Assembly (NCBI GenBank): GCA_964016885.1
Contig: OZ024740.1
Coordinates: forward strand, 65,286,001-65,350,000
DNA: 64,000 nt
Origin: Eledone cirrhosa
Taxonomy: Eukaryota
Direction of reading: 5' to 3'
Below are positions 54,022 through 64,000 of this stretch, piece after piece (position 1 is the first letter of the stretch; the number at the start of each line of letters is the position of its first letter). The translations under genes and the position numbers were made by a program. Under the pieces are notes generated by a model that was given only the letters and a program-made list of their open reading frames with translations, did no database searches and was not told the origin of the DNA.

Positions 54022-55420
54022 AAAATAAAACCTATCTCTGAACGCAGAAGTAAATATTTCGAAAAACGTTTCAACCGAAGGAAAACAGGAAGGCGATACT
54101 TCGGTTCGTGAAGACGTTCCCTGGCAATGAACAGAAAAAAGCGAAGATAATACGTCGTTATGTGTAACGATGAGAACAAATACACGCAAAGAGAAAACCA
54201 CGTTTATGGTATAAATGGAGTTTAGACTAATATTCTATTTAGGAAACCGTATGATTCTCAACTTCGGAGTTAAGAATAAAATAAATAAATTAGTAGAACG
54301 AAAATGACAGAGGTCATTAAAATCATAAAAGTAATAATAATTAAATATATACATACACCCATCTATATACGTACATAAACGTTCATACGCCCAAACACCC
54401 GCTATGCATTCATATACATGCACATACACATAATCACACGCACACATACACACACCCGCGCACACATACGAACGTAAACACGAAAATACACATATCAAAT
54501 ATATGTGTGTGTATAATTATATAAACGTATATTTATATAAACGTATATAAATAACACACAAAAATACGTATATAACGCAGACACACACATACCTAGAGGT
54601 AAATACACATATGTTCACCAAACGTACGTATACCAAAACGCAATGCACACCTTACATACGTGCAAACACGCATACACACACAAGCACAAAATATACATAT
54701 ACACATAACCATATACAGATATACCAGTATATATAATATATACACCTATAACAAATACAAGCATATATACGTACGAGAAAGTATACGTGCCTACACAAAA
54801 CATACGGGTAAAGTTTACTTACCTATAGGAATAATTAATGGTATAAACATAAAATATACTTAGCTACCACATCAAGACGTAAATTATCCGCGCATTGTTC
54901 GTACTACCCGTTAGGATATAATGTGGGCCCCACGGATAGTACGAACAATACGCGGATAATTTACGTCTTGATGTGGTGGCTAAGTATAATTTATATTTAT
55001 ACCATTACTTATTTGTATAGGTAAGTATACCTTACCCGCATGTTTTGTGGAGGTACGTATACTTTCTCGTACGTATATATGCTTGTATTTGTCATAGATG
55101 TATATACTCTATATACTGGTATATGTATTTATGGTTACGTGTATATGTGCATTTTGTGTTTGTGTGTGTATGCGTGTATGCGTGTTTATGTGTGTTATAT
55201 ACGTTTATATAATTATACACATAGATACACATATATTTATTTTTTATGTGTATTTGGTGTATACGTTCGTATGTGTGCGGGTACATGTGTTGCACGGGAT
55301 TATATGTACGTGCATGCATATGGATGCATGGCAGGTGTTTTCGCATATGCACGTTTATGTACGTATATAGATGCAACGTTTTTCGAAATTTTTGCTTCTG
55401 CGTTTACAGATTGATGTTTT

Positions 55421-55471
55421 AGTTTCAGAAGATCCCGCTATGGGTGAAAGCAGAGATTCTTTGCTTAAACT
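55421..55471 (+). ncRNA. Hammerhead variant (CAGAAGA core)
   Basis: agttt-CAGAAGA-t ccc gctat ggg t-GAAA gcaga gattc tttgc TT-aaact. Confidence 0.7.
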
Positions 55472-55609
55472 TTAAATCTGTTATTTTAATAAATATTTGC
55501 TCTAGTGTTCGTATATATTTGATATATATTTATCCTTATCGAGCCCTCTTTATATTTTAGTCTTGACATTTATTATTAATACTATATATATATATATATA
55601 TATATATGT

Positions 55610-56088
55610 CTAGGGCGGGTAAAATTCCCGAGATCCAAGGACGAGCTCACTCCAGCGCTCTCTGTCCCCCATTATCGCTGCCATGTCCTGCGTCTCCAAG
55701 AGACCAGTGTCTGTCCTTAGGGCATCAACATATGTTAAGCTCGGTCTTCCTCTTTCAGTGTGTCCACGCAGGCGCTCCCACAGGTGCACCGAGTGCAGTG
55801 TCAACTGTGGTTGTCGGTGAGCATGTCCAGCTAACGTCAGTATCCTCTGTGCCACTCTCGAGCTGAATGTTGGGAGGCTGCCATACAGCTATGAGGTCTT
55901 CATCCTAAGTGTATACTGATTAATGTTCAGAGCCATCCTCAGCATTCTCATTTAGCACCCATCCACCATCTGAGTGAGTTTCGTGGTCAGTGTCTAAGTC
56001 TCAGACCCGTACAGCAGCACAGACTCTACTACAGCAACGACGAGACGGATCTTCAGGTCTTTACGAAGGTCCGACTTCCACACCACAC
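55610..56088 (-). mobile_element. RTE-like LINE 3' fragment, non-inverted copy of the 12897 family
   Basis: VWKSDLRKDLKIRL...LLYGSET...NINQY...REFYPP*. Both ends lie in (TA)n. Confidence 0.88.
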
Positions 56089-56626
56089 AGACATATATAT
56101 ATATATATATATATACATATGTGTGTGCGTGTGTGTATGTGTGTGTGTGTGATGGACTCTCCCGTCGATTCAATGTATGAGGTTTCAACAGACGTTTCAG
56201 TTCATTGTTTTATGTTTATGCCTTATCCGTCACTTCAATACAGCTGGTAATTTACTTTACATATCAATCTGCATTCGGTGTAAGTGACAGAATCTCGAAC
56301 TGAGATGGCTGGAATGGCTGATTGGACTTTGGTGTTACATCTTATCTCATAGATATGTGTAATACGAGATTTCTCAAAGTTCATTATACCTTTTAGGCAG
56401 ACAATTCTCCATTTCTTTTACTGTCTGCTCGCACAAACACACACTCCTACACCATACACACAACCATTAGAAAATAATATACAGTGTCAGCAGTTCTGTT
56501 TACATGCCAACACAAGAGCAAGAATGAGGGGCTCATTCTACTGACATGGCTTTAAATAATTAGGATGTGTGCATAAATGCAAACCGAATCGAATATTATC
56601 ATTGATATTCGAAATACTCAGATTAC

Positions 56627-56715
<89 letters not shown>

Positions 56716-56718
<3 letters not shown>

Positions 56719-56974
56719 GATATTAAATAAATGGAAACTATATTTATAAAACCATATTTATTTCATTATATATATTTCAGGGATATCATATTAAAAATAT
56801 GTTATGCCTTCTTCAGACAAAATACAATATAAACAGTCTATATATTTATAAGACTGTTTATATTGTATTTTGTCTGAAGAAGGCATAACATATTTTTAAT
56901 ATGATATCCCTGAAATATATATAATGAAATAAATATGGTTTTATAAATATAGTTTCCATTTATTTAATATCGTA
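56716..56974. repeat. Perfect inverted repeat (124-bp arms, 11-nt spacer) with mirrored hammerheads
   Basis: 56716-56839 is the reverse complement of 56851-56974. ~85-bp one-sided tail to ~57060. (TA)n flanks. Confidence 0.95.
56866..56931 (+). ncRNA. Hammerhead ribozyme, canonical core (mirror copy at 56759-56824, minus)
   Basis: tattttgt-CTGAAGA-agg...cat/atg...cct-GAAAT ATAT ATA-atgaaata. 8-bp stem I with two G-U pairs. Confidence 0.75.
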
Positions 56975-57061
56975 AATATACTCCAAATACTTGTTGAGTG
57001 CTTTTATATCAGTTATAAATATTTACTCGTTGTTAACCCAACAATTTAAATAAAACTTTGC

Positions 57062-57123
<62 letters not shown>

Positions 57124-57500
57124 TTGTGTGCGTATGAGTGTGCGTGTGTGTGTGTGCGTGTGTGTATGTCTCTGTATATATATGAGTATGTGTGGGTGTG
57201 GGTGTCTGTGTGTCATTGTGGACCCTTGACCATCTTTGCAGACCTCACTAATGAATACGCATTGTTTACTTGGAATAAATGAACCTTAAACATTGGGAGT
57301 GCCTCTCAATGTGTTCGTCTTTGGTTGTAGGTATTTAGCGCGAATCTTGTTCTCCCTTTGTATCAATATTTTTCTCTAAATATAATTTTTAAATAATCAC
57401 CTTTCTTTAAATCCATCAAACAATGGCCTCCACCCATTCCAATAACCATCCTCTCCTACCACAGAAAATGTATAAATACTACCATATTACATTGACTCTC

Positions 57501-57551
57501 GGCTTCCTGATGATTTCTCCCGAATTAAACAGTTCTAGTCCTGTAGGAGCC
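57501..57551 (+). ncRNA. Hammerhead, homolog of 10495-10545 (GAAA mutated to TAAA)
   Basis: ggcttc-CTGATGA-tttctcccgaat-TAAA-cagttctagtcctg-TA-ggagcc. Confidence 0.7.
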
Positions 57552-57569
57552 ATTTCTATATTAAATATA

Positions 57570-57688
57570 CGTAACGGCTGGAACTCAGCCATCGGGGTCC
57601 TGACTTATTTTCCTATTACCCACTCTACTACCGTAAGCATCGCATACTCTAGTGCGTAATGGTCTACCTGGTTTCTTACCACACTTTC
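57570..57688 (+). mobile_element. Third copy of the 18607/49940 pLTR-like fragment
   Basis: aacggctggaactcagccatcggggtcc...cctggtttcttaccacac. Confidence 0.75.
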
Positions 57689-57714
57689 TCTCTCTCTCTC
57701 TCTCTCTCTCTGGC

Positions 57715-57815
<101 letters not shown>

Positions 57816-58520
57816 CTATCTATATATATATATATATAATTATATTTATTAAGGGAGATAATCAGTGTGATATGTTGACTGCAAGTTTGTGTGCGTGTGA
57901 TTGTGTGTATGTGCTTGTGTCTGTGAGTATATCGAAGTCAGAAGTATTGGCCTTGTAAAGGATGATATCGACCATTAAAGATGGCTAAATATTTTATGTT
58001 GCTTCTCATACGTTTTTTCTTCATTAAAACAAATTATTAATGTTGCTATCGATTGTTATTGTAGGTTTTTTTCGTTTCTGTTCGGATACTGTTGTTGAAG
58101 ATACAATGATAGTTTTTTTTTATACAAAACTATGTGAACAGCAATGGTGAAGTTTACTTTTGTTGTTGTTCTTGTCGTTTCCTTGTTAAATGAAACTATT
58201 TCATTGTATTTCAAATCAAAGATGTAGCATTGTTTAGCATTCACCTTTGCTCTATGAATTTTTTGCTTGGCTATTATTTTAAATGAATCCTATTATTTTT
58301 ACTGTTAGTGTCACACAAAATAAAACACAAAGAAACAAATAAATAGATATGTTTGCTAATGTTTCACAGGGAAATCTGATATTTCTTTCTTTTCTCTGAT
58401 ATTAGACTGTGTGTTTTAATAAACAATGTAACGTTAACAGAAATAATTATTCTTTCCTACATACATCTGCTGAAAAGTAATTCTGAACTGGTTGATGTGC
58501 CATGAAAAATTGTAGCAAAC

Positions 58521-60850
58521 TAGGGATGCTTCGAGAAGGTCCTGGCTGCTCTGCGACTTAAGCACCCTGAGCCACCCACTGATCTCATACCTCCACCTGA
58601 CCCCCACTTGCTCCTTGTGGCTTCTGATGCAGACATCATGTCGGCCATCAAGTCCTTCCCGTCTAGCAGCAGCCGATGTGTTGATGGTCTCCCACCAGGC
58701 CACCTCAAGGAGCTCCTACGCCCCATCTCCGCTGAAGCAAGCCGGGCGCCGTCTTCTGAGTGCAATTGTTACGCTCACCAATAGGATAATTCATGAGACG
58801 CTGGACCCTCACGCCCGAGGTTTCCTTTTTTCGGCTGGCCTCACCGTTCTCAGGAAGAAAGAGGGTGGCATACGCGCCATCACCGTTAGGCAATGTCTTT
58901 CGGAGGCTGGCTGCCAAGGTGGTCTGCAGGTCCATAACACCCGAAATGGGTGAGGAGTTCAGTCTGGTGCAACTGAGTGTCGGCGTGTCCGGTGGCTGTG
59001 TGAGGGCCGCACTTGCAACCAGGCAGTTCTTCAACAGCTGCCCACCGGAACCGGCATCCAGGGACACCAGGCACCTCATTGTGAAGCTTGACATGAGGAA
59101 TGGCTTCAACTGCTTACGCCGAGACCATCTGCTCGAAGCCTGCCTCAGCCGAGGCCCCTCTCCCTACCCACTGGCCTACCCGTCGTATGGAGCCCCGAGC
59201 ATGCTCCTTGCTGCGGATACGGTCATAACTTCGGCCACTGGGGTTAAACAGGGCGACCCTTTGAGACCCTTCCTGTTTGCCGTTGGTATAGACCAAGTCG
59301 CCCGGAGTATCACTCCCTCTCTCAATGTTGGTATCTGGATGGTGCTACGCTGGACGGGCCCGTACAGACTGTCTGCCATGACCTACTATATGTGGTTCCT
59401 GCCCTGGTAGGAATCGGCCTCCAGGTCAATCGGCCAAATCGGAGGTGGTGAATGTCAGCTACGATACTAAGGGGTTTGCAGCTTCCGTCTCGGACGTGCG
59501 GTCCATTCTCCACCAGGTACAGGTGACCCCTAAAGAAGATGTCCTCATCCCCGGGTCATCGATCCACCCGCCGGCCATTCGCTCCACCATCAGGTCCAGG
59601 GTTCAACAACTCCAGACTGGGCTTGATCGACGGCCACCCAGCCCTCTTTCTGTTGAGGAACTGCTTCGCCATGCCGGATCTCCTTTATACCCATTCGCAG
59701 CGCTCCGTCTTACACTCACAGATCTCTCCTTGCTGACCTCGATACTTGTATCCGAAGAGATATGAAACGTCAAGTTTGACGACATTGGATGGCAACAGGC
59801 CACTTTTCCTGTCAGGTATGGCGGCCTTGGTCTCCGGTCCCCGATCTCACTGGCTTTGCCGGCGTATCTTTCGTCGGTAACCTCGTGCCACTTCCTCGTC
59901 AGCAGGGTTCTCTAAAACACAATAGAACCCTCTGTGTTCAGAGAACGTGAGGCCGCCTGTGAGACGTGGGACCGGCTGGGACTCAGGCCAGTAGACGTCA
60001 TTCCTCCTTCTCTCTCTGTTGACGTCAAGTCACCCCAAAGCACTTGGGATCCCATCCAGTGCAGCCTGGCATCAGACAGGCTCACGCGCCAGCTTGACCA
60101 GCACCGCCTTGCCTGTTTTCGTGCGGCATCCAAATTCCACAGTGGTGTCTGGCTCCATGCTCTGTTATCCTTCTCCAATGGCACGCAGCTAGACAATGAT
60201 AAGCTGCGCATTGGCGTTTCCTTGCGGCACGGCCTTCGGATCTGCGAGCCACACCAACGTCGCTGCGGATCCACCGTGGACCCTTTCAGCCTCCACCCGC
60301 TTTCCTGTCGCCACAGTGCCGGCCGCCTTGCACGCCATGCTGCCCTCAACGAGGTCATAAAGCATGGCTTGGACGCTGCAGGCTTCCCTTCCCAGCTCGA
60401 GCCGGGGGTGGATGGACCAGGGGACAACAAAGGCTAGATGGAATGATCATCTTCCTGTTCGGCGGTGTTAAACACCTCGTCTGGGATGCCACCTGCACCG
60501 ACACTTTCTGCAGCCGCAACCTGGTGAAGTCTGCGATTAACCCGGGTTCTGTTGCACGTCGGGCTGAAGAGGCTAGACTCCTCAAATACCGGCCGCTCTC
60601 CGACAGGTTTGCGGTTGTACCCCTGATAGTGGAGACTTCTGGTGTCCTTGGCTCTAGGGCTACCTCCCTACTCACCAGCATAGGCGCTGAGCTGGCCAGC
60701 GGCAGGTGTGAGTGCCGCTAGTTGAAATGGCTTTTTCAGCGCGTCTCCCTTGCTGTCCTCCGGGGAAACGCCTTCTCCATTCTGATCGCCGGGGTTGTGG
60801 CGGGGCCCCTTCGCGTATTATTCCATATTTAGTTGTGGTTAGTGTGTGTG
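58521..60850 (+). mobile_element. CRE-clade non-LTR retrotransposon (RT + restriction-like endonuclease), 5'-truncated, degenerate
   Basis: GC-rich island. L.KKEGGIR.I.V, FRRLAAKV, QLSVGVSGG, VKLDMRNGFN, GVKQGDPL.PFLF, CG...D...H.LSC...GRLARH..LN, LEP, LVWDATCTDT, VETSGVLG, RGNA. Confidence 0.88.
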
Positions 60851-63149
60851 TGTGTTTGTATAAATTGCTTTCGTTTTCATTCAGCATCATGTCATTCTTC
60901 ATTGCTTTTCTCCGTTAACCGAGATATAAATTTATGAATGTTATTCGAATGAACTACATGCTCGTTCAAGGCTTTACTCAATGTAATATGGGAATTTCCA
61001 AATTTCTGTAACAGAATTACTTCCGGTTTATTGTGTCTCTGAATATTAGCTTAATATGAATATTGTGAAATATTTACAGGGTGCTGATTTATTTATGTCA
61101 AGTGGCCTAAATCTCATGTTTATAAACACATATTTCGGATATTATTGTAATGAAAGTCTTTACATATATATGGAGACGCAATATTAAAGTAATTAAGGTT
61201 CAGAAATGTCTGTAGCTTAATGTTGTCATTTGCTATATCTTTGGTTATTAATTATCTAATTCCCGCAGCTTTAAATGAGGAAGAATAGGATAGAAATATA
61301 ATACTGAACATAATTGTGTGTTGTTACTATGCTTATGTGACATTTAATCTCACTATAGTAAAGATTTTGATATGGCTATATATGAATATAAAGTAATGTC
61401 ATTTGTTCTGTAGCGATTCATAATTAATATGTCTCTTGAGTAGAAATGAATTAAAAAGAAATACTACTAAATTCAAATTGCTACGGTGTTTCAATTCAAT
61501 GTTTATCATTAGGGCATACCTTATATTTGTCGAGGCAGTATACAAGCAATTAGATAGCTCACACTTCGATATTGTGTATTTTATCAATTGCAGTAGGGGA
61601 CGAAACACAGTGTCTAAATTAGTGCTATTTCAATTTAAAATGTAAACGGATATGACTAAATATTCTAGGGAATATAATCAAATGTTCTTGATCTCCCATT
61701 CTGACACGCCAGTCCCAATTATTAAGACTGTATTAAATAAAACTGTAGCGTTAATTAAATAAAACTGAATATATTCTTCTGAGATACACCACTACACCGG
61801 TAGAGTCGTTTGATCTGTCTAAATGAATGAAAACATAAATCATTTATTCCTTCCGCCATGTCAACGTTACTAGATTTCATGCAGATTTAAAGCAAACCTA
61901 TACATAACAAAATCGTATTACATTCCTTTAAAAGTGCTCTTTCAATCGTTTGATATTAAACTTATTTTAAAGGAAAATCAAAATGATAGTGACAACTATT
62001 TATCGCATGTTCTAACTACGCGAGTCTTCTTCACTTTCTCTCATTATTCTATATTACAATTTGTTTAAGATATATCCATAATTTTTTTCAGCTATTGTTG
62101 CTATATATGTTTTTATTTATCTTGTATTTAGTGAGTGAAATTTCAATGTGGAGGCAGATTTTACGATCATAATACATTTCTCAGCAGATCACCAAATCAA
62201 TGCAGTATCGTATAACAACGCGCGGGAAACTGATTCACATTCTGCTGCCAATGGTGCACAATTATGTTTTTATACGGTAGGGCACATGTTTCGATTAGTT
62301 AATCTTTACAAGTGTAAATGCTTTCATAATATTGAATGTGAATTTATAAGTTAGTAATATCTCCATAGTTCACAGAACCGATTTCTTTTTCTCGAACACA
62401 CTACGTAGATGACAAACGTGCTGCAACATTTCTAACTCTATATCTGGTAAATGGCTACACATGTCCAATATACGTTTACTCTGCCATGGAATCTTACATG
62501 TGATGTTACCCAAACAATAATCGAATATATTTTTGGTTTTAGAAGATACATCAAATTCTTCAGTTATATCGTAACATCTTAGGAAACTTTTAAGCCTGTT
62601 TCACAGAGTCCATTATCGCACCACATTTATTATATGTGTATGATTTAAACAAACCTGCAACATAAATCATATGTAACACGTAAGACACACTTGCCAAATA
62701 AGTTATGTACATAACATGCTTATATCAATATTTGAGGAATATTTAATGCGTACAGTGCGTTTTACTTCATATTTTCATTGTCTGACATATTTATAATTCC
62801 GTAAATCCTCTACGATATGATTCGTTTCTGGGCCAGATATGCGGGAAAATTTTATTCAGTTCTGTATGTGAAGGAATCATTCCCTGAATTATAAATTGTA
62901 CCAAATCTCTACTACTTCTCTTATCTTCTATGAACGCTTTTGTATAAACTGAATAATTAAATGAAACAATTTTAAGATAAAATTTCACGGTCCTAGGGAA
63001 TTCGTGTGGGAACTGTAGTTACATACGGCGTCCAAGTTCTTCTTTTTTAATCTGGCAGATACCATCCAGAACTAAATGCAGCAGATTTTTTTCAGAGAAA
63101 GATAGAGTGAGAGAATGGGAGTGAGAAAGTGACATACAGAAAGAATCGA

Positions 63150-63302
63150 CACCAGTACTTGACTGGTACTCTTTTCTCGACCTCGAATTGATGAAAGGCA
63201 AAGTTCACCTCGGTGCGCTGTGTATTCAGAGGGAAGAGGGCAAAAACAGATACTGCAAAACATTCTATCCAACGTTCTAACGACTCTGCCATTTTGCCTC
63301 CG
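63150..63302 (-). mobile_element. SINE copy, related subfamily
   Basis: Reverse complement has ggcagagtcgttagaacg...actttgcctttcatc...gtcgagaaaagagtaccagt. Confidence 0.7.
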
Positions 63303-64000
63303 ATAATTTCCATATAAATGCAGTCGTATTTTTATCATAATTATACATTTAAAATAGTGAAATCAGATTTAGATTATTGAAACGTAACTTAAAAAAGATA
63401 TAGCCAAATAAAGAACCTAGTTACAATATGATAAAACGTTGTATATTATATGAACATATTCTAAATCTTTAATTACGTGCCGTCAGTATTTCTCCGTACA
63501 TATTTCTCCGTACATAATCTTTATGCAAATGTCGGTGTATATACGGATCTGCATCCGTGCCTGTAACCGACATCTGTGTTTGTATGTACGTTGGTAGTAG
63601 TCTTTACATGTTTACATGTTTATAGATATATCTATATATGAACGTTTATTTCAAAATCATCAAAACCAGTGCGCTTGGCTATTAATGATTATATGCGCTC
63701 TAATGCGTAGTATTTTCATTTTATTATCACCAGCGTGATTTAAACCAATTGCATCGAATTTATTTTACTAGAAGCCAGATAACCCAGAATGAAAAGAACA
63801 AGTTGAATGTCCGTTAAATTATGTATTTTCCCCGAGGAACATGCCGAATTGGAAAACTAGATACTACGAGAAGACAGGTTTTCACGAATGAAAATGTAGA
63901 CACGAATAACTCATTAAGCTAGATATACAAGAAATATGTCAACGTGAAACATGCGTATCTTACATATAAGTAGGTTACGAATGTTAAGGGGAGGGAAATT

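Larger units (their letters stand above)
53862..55585. mobile_element. Large fold-back PLE 3' region (imperfect inverted duplication, centre ~54911-54931)
   Basis: The left arm (minus) starts at the end of the GIY-YIG ORF seen at 24135-24164. The right arm is its inverted copy with deletions. Flanked by (TA)n. Confidence 0.88.

Noticed and set aside
62780-63080. Decayed LINE RT-like fragment (YTKAF, GFTE), with similar hints at 1350-1830, 52300-52600 and 53100-53720
   Set aside because: Motifs are too eroded to assign family or boundaries by eye.

Overview
AT-rich, microsatellite-saturated eukaryotic (animal) non-genic DNA. The tRNA-derived SINE family and the (TA)n density look like a cephalopod mollusc; this is inference. 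I found no convincing host gene, and most short ORFs are microsatellite artefacts. The window holds one degenerate full-length Ty3/Gypsy LTR element (1840-7303, minus), two R4/Dong-type LINEs (about 31.4-35.4 kb and 36.5-39.1 kb), a CRE-type LINE (58.5-60.8 kb), several RTE-like LINE fragments, about 9 SINE copies and many Penelope-like element (PLE) remnants. The most striking signal is at least 8 distinct families of type-I hammerhead ribozyme motifs (about 18 intact or decayed copies). Most sit inside fold-back or inverted-repeat modules inserted in (TA)n tracts, ranging from ORF-bearing PLEs with inverted pLTRs down to ORF-less perfect palindromes of 60-400 bp. All coordinates, pairings and identities were read by eye.
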